Shown here: piece after piece, positions 37,054-45,655 of the stretch
Layout: each line of letters starts with the position of its first letter
How positions within the stretch are numbered: position 1 is the first letter of the stretch
NCBI GenBank assembly: GCA_958369755.1
Contig: CATXJC010000002.1
Location: 2,605 to 66,604 of the forward strand
Length of the DNA: 64,000 bases
Reading direction: 5' to 3'
Source: an uncultured Prevotella sp.
GTDB lineage: Bacteria; Bacteroidota; Bacteroidia; Bacteroidales; Bacteroidaceae
Made by a program: the position numbers and the translations under genes
The notes under the pieces: generated by a model
What the model saw: the letters and a program-made list of their open reading frames with translations, nothing else
The model's database searches: none
What the model was told of the DNA's origin: nothing

Positions 37054-38319
37054 ATGGATAGAGGTTATTTAGATATGGAGCTGCTCCGCTTCTCTACTGC
37101 GGGCAGCGTGGACGATGGAAAGAGTACTTTGATAGGAAGATTGCTTTATGACAGCAAGTCGATTTTCGAAGACCAGTTGGAGGCGGTGGAGGCTGCTAGC
37201 AAGAGCCGCGGTAATGAGGAAGTGAACCTGGCTTTGCTCACGGATGGTCTCCGTGCTGAGCGTGAACAGGGCATCACCATCGATGTGGCTTACCGCTATT
37301 TCGCCACACCGAAACGCAAGTTTATCATCGCCGATACTCCGGGACATATTCAGTATACCCGCAACATGGTAACGGGTGCTAGTACAGCCGACCTGAGCAT
37401 CATCCTCATTGATGCACGTCATGGCGTACTGGAGCAGACCGTGCGCCACAGCTATATTTCTTCGCTGCTCGGTATACCACATATCCTGGTGGCTATCAAC
37501 AAGATGGACCTGGTTGATTTCAGTAAAGATGTATACGACAAGATTGTTGCCGACTATAAGAAGATGTCGGAGGCATTGGATATCAAGAACGTGGTGTTTA
37601 TCCCTATCAGCGCCAAGGATGGCGACAACGTGGTGAACAAGAGCGATAAGACTCCTTGGTATGAGGGACCTACCCTGCTGAACTATCTGGAGACCGTTCC
37701 GGTAGGTCATAAGACGGTGAGCGATTTCTTCCGTTTCCCTGTACAGTATGTGATTCGTCCTATCAGCAGCCAGTTCCCTGACTACCGTGGTTATGCGGGC
37801 AGAGTAAGCGGCGGCATCATCCGTCCGGGCGACAAGATAAGAGTATTGCCATCGGGCACGGAGAGCACCGTGAAGAGCATCGACTTCGTAGAGGAACACC
37901 TGGAGGAGGCTTATGCCCCTATGAGCATTACTCTGACGCTGAACGATGACATCGACATTTCGCGTGGCGACACCCTCGTGAAGGCAGACGAGAAGCAGCC
38001 TAGCATCGAACAGGATATCACGCTGGATGTCTGCTGGTTTAACGAGCGCCCTGCTGCCGTAAGAAACAAATACGTAATCCGTCAGGCCACCTTCGAAACC
38101 CAGGGTTTGATTCGCAGCATCAACTATCGCCGCAATATCAACACCTTGGAGAAGGAAGAGGGTGTATCGGAATTAAAGATGAACGATATTGCCGAAATCA
38201 CCATCCACACCGCCAACCCATTGGTATTCGATAAATATACGGAGAATAAGGTAACAGGCAGCCTCATCTTCATCGACCCGGATACGAATGAAACCGTGGG
38301 AGCGGGACTTATTAAATAA
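37054..38319 (+). CDS. cysN: Sulfate adenylyltransferase subunit 1 (GTPase, no APS-kinase domain)
   Basis: GSVDDGKST, EREQGITID, DTPGH, NKMD; ends TVGAGLIK. Confidence 0.96.
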   Translation: MDRGYLDMELLRFSTAGSVDDGKSTLIGRLLYDSKSIFEDQLEAVEAASKSRGNEEVNLALLTDGLRAEREQGITIDVAYRYFATPKRKFIIADTPGHIQYTRNMVTGASTADLSIILIDARHGVLEQTVRHSYISSLLGIPHILVAINKMDLVDFSKDVYDKIVADYKKMSEALDIKNVVFIPISAKDGDNVVNKSDKTPWYEGPTLLNYLETVPVGHKTVSDFFRFPVQYVIRPISSQFPDYRGYAGRVSGGIIRPGDKIRVLPSGTESTVKSIDFVEEHLEEAYAPMSITLTLNDDIDISRGDTLVKADEKQPSIEQDITLDVCWFNERPAAVRNKYVIRQATFETQGLIRSINYRRNINTLEKEEGVSELKMNDIAEITIHTANPLVFDKYTENKVTGSLIFIDPDTNETVGAGLIK

Positions 38320-38374
38320 TGTTGAATGTTAAATGTTGAATGTACAAAGTAATATAGAGTAATCATAAAGTTCA

Positions 38375-39097
38375 ATGATCAAAGTTCAAAGTAATATAAA
38401 GGATTTGGTTCCGGAACTCAATAAGAAATTCAGCGATGCGCCTGCCGAGGATATTGTCGGTTATTTCCTTCAGGCATTCAAAGGGCGCATCGCTCTGTCT
38501 TCTTCCCTCAGCATCGAGGACCAGACGCTTACCGACATCATCGTGAAGATAGATAAATCTGCCCGCATCTTCACACTCGATACAGGCAGACTCTTCCCGG
38601 AGACCTACCAGTTGATTGACAAGACCAACATGACGTATGGCATCAACCTGGAAGTATTCTTCCCAAACTATGAGGCGGTGCAGCAGATGGTGAAGGAAGA
38701 GGGCATCAACCTCTTCTATAATTCGATAGAAAGCCGACACCGCTGCTGCCAGGTAAGAAAGCTGGAACCGCTGAAGCGGGCGATGCAGGGACTCGACGTA
38801 TGGATCTGCGGATTGAGAAAGCAGCAGAGCGTAACCCGCAAGGATATGCAGGTAGTGGAATGGGACGACATTCATAACCTGATTAAGGTGAACCCGCTCA
38901 TCAACTGGAGCGAAGAGGATGTGGAGCAGTACGTAAAGAAGCACCATGTTCCTTATAACAAGCTGCAGGACAAGGGTTATCCGAGCATCGGTTGCCAACC
39001 TTGTACAAGAGCCATCAAGCCAGGCGAGGATATCCGAGCCGGAAGATGGTGGTGGGAATCGCCGGAACATCGAGAGTGCGGACTACATCAAAGATAA
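38375..39097 (+). CDS. cysH: CysH, 4Fe-4S APS-reductase type
   Basis: LDTGRLFPE, CC...CxxC cluster motif, ECGLH C-terminus. Confidence 0.94.
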   Translation: MIKVQSNIKDLVPELNKKFSDAPAEDIVGYFLQAFKGRIALSSSLSIEDQTLTDIIVKIDKSARIFTLDTGRLFPETYQLIDKTNMTYGINLEVFFPNYEAVQQMVKEEGINLFYNSIESRHRCCQVRKLEPLKRAMQGLDVWICGLRKQQSVTRKDMQVVEWDDIHNLIKVNPLINWSEEDVEQYVKKHHVPYNKLQDKGYPSIGCQPCTRAIKPGEDIRAGRWWWESPEHRECGLHQR

Positions 39098-39099
39098 GC

Positions 39100-39177
39100 A
39101 TGAAGAATTTAATCATCAATATATTGGAGGCAGCGGCATTCCTGCTGTTGGGATTGGGCGTTAGCCTGCTTGGATAA
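39100..39177 (+). CDS. 25-aa hydrophobic small protein
   Basis: ATG 2 nt after cysH stop; MKNLIINILEAAAFLLLGLGVSLLG; stop 12 nt before next ATG. Confidence 0.5.
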   Translation: MKNLIINILEAAAFLLLGLGVSLLG

Positions 39178-39189
39178 TAAAATACAAGT

Positions 39190-40071
39190 ATGGATTATAG
39201 AATAGCAAAGGATAAGATAGCAGGACAGGTGATGTTTCTCTTGACCATCGCCTCCATATTCCTGGTAATCATCATGGCGGTGGGACTGTTTATCAAGTCG
39301 GAGCCGATATTGAGCCAGTATAATCTGTGGGAACTCCTCACGGAGAGCAACTGGCGACCGATGGAAGGCAAGTTCGGATTCCTGCCCTTCCTCACCGGCA
39401 CCTTCTGGTGTACGGCACTCGCCATTCTTATCGCCCTCCCCATCTCCCTACTCATGGCCATCTATCTCACGGAATACGCCCACCGCAGCATCCGGAAATA
39501 CGTATATCCGCTGCTCGATATTCTTGCCGGATTGCCTTCCGTCATCTATGGCGTATGGGGGAGCCTGCTCATCGTGCCTTGGGTTTCGAAACACGTAGCT
39601 CCCCTCTTCGTGGAGTTCTCTTCGGGATATACGGTTCTGGCGGGCGGCATCGTATTGAGCGTGATGATCATCCCGCTTCTGGTGAGCCTGTTTATGGAGA
39701 TATTCGATAACATATCAACAGATTTGAGAGAAGCTTCGCTCTCGCTGGGCGCTACGCAATGGCAAACCATCAAGCATGTTGTGCTGAGAAAGGCACGACC
39801 GGGAATGATTGCCGCTGTAGTCTTGGCACTGAGCCGAACGCTGGGAGAAACGATAGCTGTACTGATGGTGTGCGGAAACCTCGCCATCGTTCCGGGCAGC
39901 GTGCTCGATGCCTGCTACCCGATACCGGCACTCATCGCTAACAATTATGGTGAAATGCTTTCGGTTCCACTTTATGACAGCGCCTTGATGTTTGCCGCCT
40001 TCCTGCTGTTTTTCGTGGTCGTTATTTTGAATCTCGGCTCGAGAATCGTGTTTTTAAAGGTTAAAGAGTAA
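39190..40071 (+). CDS. PstC-family ABC permease
   Basis: LAGLPSVIYG, EASLSLGATQWQT, SRTLGETIAVLMV. Confidence 0.92.
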   Translation: MDYRIAKDKIAGQVMFLLTIASIFLVIIMAVGLFIKSEPILSQYNLWELLTESNWRPMEGKFGFLPFLTGTFWCTALAILIALPISLLMAIYLTEYAHRSIRKYVYPLLDILAGLPSVIYGVWGSLLIVPWVSKHVAPLFVEFSSGYTVLAGGIVLSVMIIPLLVSLFMEIFDNISTDLREASLSLGATQWQTIKHVVLRKARPGMIAAVVLALSRTLGETIAVLMVCGNLAIVPGSVLDACYPIPALIANNYGEMLSVPLYDSALMFAAFLLFFVVVILNLGSRIVFLKVKE

Positions 40072-40081
40072 AAAAAGGCTT

Positions 40082-40921
40082 ATGAAATACTTGGAAGAAA
40101 GAATCGTGAAATTACTGATGCTCGGGTCGATAGGCATTGTGGGCTTCTTCGTACTGAGCGTTCTCTGGACCATCTTCAGGCGAGGCTTTCCTGTGCTCTC
40201 CTGGGAGATGGTGAGCCAGTTGCCTAGCGGCGGGTTCTATCTGGGCGGCAAGGGCGGCTTCCTCAATGCCATTGTAGGCAGCCTTTATATCGTGGGCGGC
40301 TCTACCTTGCTCGGTCTGCTTATCTCGCTGCCCGTGGTGTTCTATATGAATGTATATCTCAAACCCAACTCAAAATTCGGATACATCGCCCGTCTGGCTT
40401 ATGATACCCTCTTCGGAATTCCGAGCATCGTTTATGGTTCCTTCGCCTTTACGGTGATGGTTTGGCTGGGCATCAGGGCATCGCTGGGCGGAGGTATTCT
40501 CGTCACCACCCTGCTCATCGTTCCGATACTCATCCGTTCGATGGACGAAGTGGCAAAGACGATTCCGCAGGAGATACTCGATTCCTCCTACAGTCTGGGT
40601 GCCACGAGGATAGAAACTATCGGTGTGGTACTGAGACAGATAGCCCCAGCCATCGCCACTGCCACCTTATTAAGTATCGGCAGAGCCATCGGCGATTGTG
40701 CCGGAGTGATGTTTACGGCAGGATTCTCCGATCATATTCCCCATGGACTGAACCAGCAGGCAGCCACCTTGCCATTGAGCGTGTTCTTCCAGTTGAGCGC
40801 CCCACAGGAAGATGTTCAGAACAGAGCCTACGCCGCTGCTGTGGTACTCACCATTATCGTATTGGTGTTGAGTTTCGGAGGCAGGTTCATCATGAGTCAT
40901 TTCTCGAAGAATAAAATATAA
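40082..40921 (+). CDS. PstA-family ABC permease
   Basis: GGFLNAIVGS, GIPSIVYG, SYSLGATR, GRAIGD. Confidence 0.9.
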   Translation: MKYLEERIVKLLMLGSIGIVGFFVLSVLWTIFRRGFPVLSWEMVSQLPSGGFYLGGKGGFLNAIVGSLYIVGGSTLLGLLISLPVVFYMNVYLKPNSKFGYIARLAYDTLFGIPSIVYGSFAFTVMVWLGIRASLGGGILVTTLLIVPILIRSMDEVAKTIPQEILDSSYSLGATRIETIGVVLRQIAPAIATATLLSIGRAIGDCAGVMFTAGFSDHIPHGLNQQAATLPLSVFFQLSAPQEDVQNRAYAAAVVLTIIVLVLSFGGRFIMSHFSKNKI

Positions 40922-41113
40922 TCGCCCTGCAAAGGCAAAAGCTTTTGTTTTTTTAAAGCTTTTGCCCTTACAGGGCGACATTGTTGCTTACATGTTAACC
41001 CAGGGTGTTGCCCTGGGCTAGGAGCTTCTGCCCTTTCAGGGCGTGTTGGGAAAAACAAAACGCGATACAGGGCGTGTTGGGAAAAACAAAACGCGATGCA
41101 GGGCGTGTTGGGA
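40922..41113. repeat. REP-like palindromic element, copy 2, plus 31-bp tandem repeat x2.5
   Basis: TCGCCCTG..CAGGGCGA and CCCAGGG..CCCTGGG hairpins; CAGGGCGTGTTGGGAAAAACAAAACGCGAT at 41037, 41068, partial at 41099. Confidence 0.8.
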
Positions 41114-41458
41114 TTAAACCTTATTACCCTCTTTTGGGAAAACCACGGTTGGCTTGAAGGTCTTAGCCTCCTCAAAGTCCATCAGGGCATAAGCGATGAT
41201 GATGACGGTATCGCCCACCTGCACCTTGCGGGCTGCAGCACCGTTCAGGCAGATACAACCGCTGCCACGCTCACCCTTGATAATATAGGTCTCCAAGCGC
41301 TCACCATTGTTGTTGTCTACAATCTGAACCTTCTCGCCTGCTATCAGATTAGCAGCGTCCATCAAGTCCTCATCGATGGTGATGCTACCCATATAATTCA
41401 GGTTAGCCTCAGTTACGGTCACACAATGGAGCTTACTCTTCAATACTTCTATCTGCAT
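41114..41458 (-). CDS. panD: Aspartate 1-decarboxylase
   Basis: [13 protein letters not shown] cleavage site, NGAAAR. Confidence 0.97.
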   Translation of the reverse strand: MQIEVLKSKLHCVTVTEANLNYMGSITIDEDLMDAANLIAGEKVQIVDNNNGERLETYIIKGERGSGCICLNGAAARKVQVGDTVIIIAYALMDFEEAKTFKPTVVFPKEGNKV

Positions 41459-41518
41459 TGTTCTGTTATTACTTGATCTGTTACGGATTAAACTTAATAA
41501 AGAATATCTATCGAGGAA

Positions 41519-42376
41519 TTATCCCTTATACTTGATATGGTCGATGAGACGGATAGGAGTCTTACCGCAATAAACGGTGATGCAACCTACCACATAGGCA
41601 CTATCCTCCCATGAAGAAACATCCTGCAGGCTGTCGCCATCCACAATCTGGAAATACTCTACCTCCAGACCCTCTACAGCATTGATGTCGGCAACCACCT
41701 TATCGTGAGTTTCCTGTACGGTATGAGTCTTGGCATACTCCACACTCTCCTTCAGGGCCTTATAGATGTTTGGCGCAATGGCACGCTCATCAGGAGCCAG
41801 CAAAGTATTACGGCTGCTCTTAGCCAAACCATCCTCATCACGGACAATAGGACACTCCACAATCTGCACATCGCTGTTGATGTACTTCACGAGCTGCTTG
41901 ATGACAGCAATCTGCTGCCAATCCTTCTCACCGAAATAAGCACGGGTTGGTCGAACGATATAGAAAAGACGGCTCACTACCTGACATACACCATTGAAAT
42001 GACCCGGGCGCTTGGCACCCTCCATCACGGTAGAAACAGGTGGAAACTCAAAGTGGCGTGTATCTGGTGTAGGATACATCTCCTTCACCGATGGTGCAAA
42101 CACATAGTCAGCACCACAAGCCTCCAAGAGCTTGCAGTCAGCATCGAGGGTACGAGGATAGCGATCCAAGTCACCCTGATCATTAAACTGTGTAGGATTC
42201 AGGAACACAGAAACTACAGTCACGCCATTTTCCTTTACACTGCGCTTAACAAGAGAGGCGTGACCCTCATGCAGCGCACCCATAGTTGGCACAAGGCCGA
42301 TTTCCTTTCCCTCCTTACGACACATGAAGAGTTCGTTCTGGAGGTCAACAATCTTATTGAATACTTTCATCGTCAT
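41519..42376 (-). CDS. panC: Pantoate--beta-alanine ligase
   Basis: [28 protein letters not shown]. Confidence 0.96.
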   Translation of the reverse strand: MTMKVFNKIVDLQNELFMCRKEGKEIGLVPTMGALHEGHASLVKRSVKENGVTVVSVFLNPTQFNDQGDLDRYPRTLDADCKLLEACGADYVFAPSVKEMYPTPDTRHFEFPPVSTVMEGAKRPGHFNGVCQVVSRLFYIVRPTRAYFGEKDWQQIAVIKQLVKYINSDVQIVECPIVRDEDGLAKSSRNTLLAPDERAIAPNIYKALKESVEYAKTHTVQETHDKVVADINAVEGLEVEYFQIVDGDSLQDVSSWEDSAYVVGCITVYCGKTPIRLIDHIKYKG

Positions 42377-42544
42377 AATCTGTTTTCGGGTGCAAAATAA
42401 CAACTTTTTTCTCAAATGAGAAAGAAAAAACCTAAAAATATGCGAATTATTGCCGAAAATAATGAATTTCGGAGAAAAAATGCCCCTATTTGAAGTTTTT
42501 TTTGTACCTTTGCACGTAATTCGTAAGAATAAAATTTAAATTTT

Positions 42545-43357
42545 ATGGCAAAAAAAGTATTATTTATCAATCAGGAGATCGACCCATACGTAGCCGAGTC
42601 TCACATGTCAATCATGGGACGCGAACTGCCTCAGAAGATGCAGGAAGCAGGTTTTGAGATCCGCACCTTCATGCCTAAGTGGGGCACCATCAACGAGCGT
42701 CGCGGACAATTGCACGAGGTCATTCGCCTGTCTGGTATGAACCTTATCATAGATGATACAGACCATCCGCTGATCATCAAGGTTGCATCTATACCAACAA
42801 CACGACAGCAGATTTATTTCATCGATAATGACGACTATTTCAAGAGCCGTCAGATGGGCACCGATGAAAACGGAAAGGAATATGCCGACAACGGAGAAAG
42901 AGCTATCTTCTTTGCACGTGGTGTATTGGAAACCGTAAAGAAGCTCCGCTGGCAGCCTGATGTAATCGTCTGCCAGGGTTGGGCTAGCGCAGTAGTGCCA
43001 TTCTATGTAAAGACAGCCTACAGCGAAGAGCCTTCATTTGCAGAATCAAAGGTGATTACCGCTCTCTATACCAACGAACTCAAGGGTGAACTGGGTACCA
43101 ACTTCAAACGTTGCGTTGCCTTCCGTGATGCCAAGTCTGAACTGCTCGACGGCTATCAGGACGACTTCAACTTCATTGAGCTCGGCAAACTCGCCATCGA
43201 CTATAGCGACGGTGTGGTAGAAGGTGAAGAAGAAGCTAACCAGATTCTCTTTGATTATGCGAAGGAGAAGAACAAGCCTGTACTGGCTTATCCAGGAGAA
43301 GATATTCAGGAGCCATACGCAGACTTCATCAACAAGGTTTGTCCTGACGCAGAATAA
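42545..43357 (+). CDS. Glycogen/starch synthase N-terminal-domain-only protein (GT5-like)
   Basis: RTFMPKWG, YFIDN, DNGERAIFFARG; only 270 aa. Confidence 0.85.
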   Translation: MAKKVLFINQEIDPYVAESHMSIMGRELPQKMQEAGFEIRTFMPKWGTINERRGQLHEVIRLSGMNLIIDDTDHPLIIKVASIPTTRQQIYFIDNDDYFKSRQMGTDENGKEYADNGERAIFFARGVLETVKKLRWQPDVIVCQGWASAVVPFYVKTAYSEEPSFAESKVITALYTNELKGELGTNFKRCVAFRDAKSELLDGYQDDFNFIELGKLAIDYSDGVVEGEEEANQILFDYAKEKNKPVLAYPGEDIQEPYADFINKVCPDAE

Positions 43358-43392
43358 AATTCCGACAACAGAGACACATACATACAAGGATA

Positions 43393-44832
43393 ATGAAAAT
43401 TTTAAGACTCTTAACAGTATTAGTAATAGCAGCGCTTACTTTCGCTGCATGTGATGATACCACCGAGGGAATCGGTGGTAGCATCACTAATAAGATAGAC
43501 AACATTAACATTTCTAACTCAGCGTTCAATGTTACCACAAAGTCTATAGTAGCAGATTCCGTATTGAGCCGCAACAACACGGGGCTCATCGGAAAGATGA
43601 AAGACCCGGAAACCGGCAACTATGTAAAGGGCGACTACATGACCCAGTTGAGCGTATTGCCTACTTTCTCTGTAGATACACTCGATTACATCAAGCAGGC
43701 AAACAAGGGTTCTATCGAAGCAGACTCATGCTACCTTCTGGTTTCATACAACGCCAGCTATGGTGATACTATCGCCCCAATGAAGGTGACAGCCTATGAG
43801 ATGACAAGGCCGATGTCAGAAGATAAGGAGTATTACTCTAATTATGATGCCTTCAAGGAACGCTGGGTAAGCGAAAACAACCAGCATTGGAGCAGTAATT
43901 ACAACTTGAGCAATACATCAGATGTCAAGAACTTCAAGATTTACTTGAATAAGAAGTACAAGAAAGATGGTAAGACATACAAGAACTATGGTTCTTACAT
44001 CATGCAAACATACGCAGAACATCCTGAGTACTTCAAGACCAACTACAAGTTCCTGCACAACGTCTGCCCTGGCTTCTATATCAAGAACGTAGGCGGTACG
44101 GGTAACATGGCTAAGATCTGGAATACAGAGCTTATCTTCTACTGGACCCGCAAAAAGACCATCAATAAAGACAGTACAGCTGTAAGCATCGGATACAACC
44201 GTTTCGATGGTACAGAAGAGGTATTGCAGCTCAACAAGATTGAGAACGATACCGAGAACTTGAAGAAGTTGGCAAGTCAGGAGGACTGGACTTACCTCAA
44301 GTCGCCTGCCGGTATCTTCACCGAGGTTACTCTTCCTATCGATGACATCATGAAGGGTCATGAGAAGGATACGCTCAACACAGCTACCATCTCCTTCCCA
44401 CGACTCAACAATGCAGACGAAGACAACCCATACAACTTTGCTACACCAAGCACCATCCTGATGGTTCAGAAAGACAGTTTGCAGTCGTTCTTCGAAAAGA
44501 GCAAGTTGGCTGACAACCGTACTTCTTATACGGCAAGCTACAGCAGTACCGGCACCTACAAGAATGCCTATACATTCCAGAATATCGCCAATCTGGTTTC
44601 TGCCATGTATAAGAACAAGGGCAAGGGGGAAAACTGGAATAAAGTAGTACTGGTTCCTGTAAACGTCATCACAACCACACAGGGCTATACTACCGTCATC
44701 TCCAAGATTAATCACGATATGTCACTCGCTTCTACCCGACTGAAAAGAGGTGTAATAACCACCGACAGCAACGGCAAGGAGACAAGTCCTATACAGATAA
44801 AGGTGATTTACAGTAAGTTTAAAGAAGAATAA
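43393..44832 (+). CDS. Surface lipoprotein, DUF4270-like
   Basis: Lipobox FAAC-DDT; YLKSPAG motif; follows the GT5-like gene. Confidence 0.8.
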   Translation: MKILRLLTVLVIAALTFAACDDTTEGIGGSITNKIDNINISNSAFNVTTKSIVADSVLSRNNTGLIGKMKDPETGNYVKGDYMTQLSVLPTFSVDTLDYIKQANKGSIEADSCYLLVSYNASYGDTIAPMKVTAYEMTRPMSEDKEYYSNYDAFKERWVSENNQHWSSNYNLSNTSDVKNFKIYLNKKYKKDGKTYKNYGSYIMQTYAEHPEYFKTNYKFLHNVCPGFYIKNVGGTGNMAKIWNTELIFYWTRKKTINKDSTAVSIGYNRFDGTEEVLQLNKIENDTENLKKLASQEDWTYLKSPAGIFTEVTLPIDDIMKGHEKDTLNTATISFPRLNNADEDNPYNFATPSTILMVQKDSLQSFFEKSKLADNRTSYTASYSSTGTYKNAYTFQNIANLVSAMYKNKGKGENWNKVVLVPVNVITTTQGYTTVISKINHDMSLASTRLKRGVITTDSNGKETSPIQIKVIYSKFKEE

Positions 44833-44867
44833 GCATTCATAACGCAAAGTAAAAAAGGAAACGAAAC

Positions 44868-45014
44868 ATGGCAGATAATTTTTTGGAGCGTCATCGCGAA
44901 GAATACGAGATACGCAAGGCTGCATGGCTCAAGAAGAAGAAACTATTCATGAAGTCAGGCAAGAAACAGAAGCCCCAGACACAGATGCCACGTCCTGAAG
45001 ACGAAGCGTTATAA
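44868..45014 (+). CDS. 48-aa basic small protein
   Basis: Below cutoff; MADNFLERHREEYEIRKAAWLKKKKLFMKSGKKQKPQTQMPRPEDEAL; A-rich leader; followed by terminator. Confidence 0.6.
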   Translation: MADNFLERHREEYEIRKAAWLKKKKLFMKSGKKQKPQTQMPRPEDEAL

Positions 45015-45040
45015 ACACGAAAAAATTCAGAATCCTGAGA

Positions 45041-45087
45041 AAGAGGGTGTATCATAAAGCATTTGAATGTTTATGATACACCCTCTT
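45041..45087. terminator. Long palindrome / terminator
   Basis: AAGAGGGTGTATCATAAA...TTTATGATACACCCTCTT. Confidence 0.8.
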
Positions 45088-45199
45088 AACTTTGCCGGTT
45101 AATCCTTAAAAACTGCCGCATAAGTACAATAAAAGCCACTTAATACAAAATAAAGCAAAATTAATTTGGAGTTTACCCATTTTTTTTATATCTTTGCAT

Positions 45200-45501
45200 T
45201 GTGAACTTAAAAGTATTAAATATTAAACAGACAAAAAGCAATAAAATAAAAATAATCAAGATATTAGTAGAGATACTGGTCTATGGGTTTAACTTTTCTA
45301 AGAACTTGCATTTAAGAATACAAGATATTTGCAGGATACAAGTTACTTGCAATATATGAGATACTTGGTTTATGTTTATAGATAATGGAGAATTTAATCT
45401 CTTAAAGTATTTGTTTTTAAGTTTAAACAAAAATGCTAAAGTTAGATGTTAGTAATATAAGTCCCCGTAGTGACCGTGAGGCTACTGCGGGGACGCTTTT
45501 T
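45200..45501 (+). ncRNA. Putative ~300-nt AU-rich noncoding transcript
   Basis: Promoter TTTG(45165)-N19-TATCTTTG(45188); terminator GTCCCCGTAGT..ACTGCGGGGAC-gcTTTTT; no convincing ORF. Confidence 0.45.
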
Positions 45502-45655
45502 CAATTTATAGTATATAGAAACAAAAAGGGCAAGACCAGAGATGGTCTTGCCCAATCTATTTTTATAACTCTTTATCTATATTATAAGATTCTACCTGTA
45601 AGAGAGAACTTCAAAACAGGATAAACCTATAAATATAAACATCAGACTACAGAAC

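Noticed and set aside
41037..41113. 31-bp repeats as a CRISPR array
   Set aside because: Units are directly tandem with no unique spacers, and no cas genes are present.
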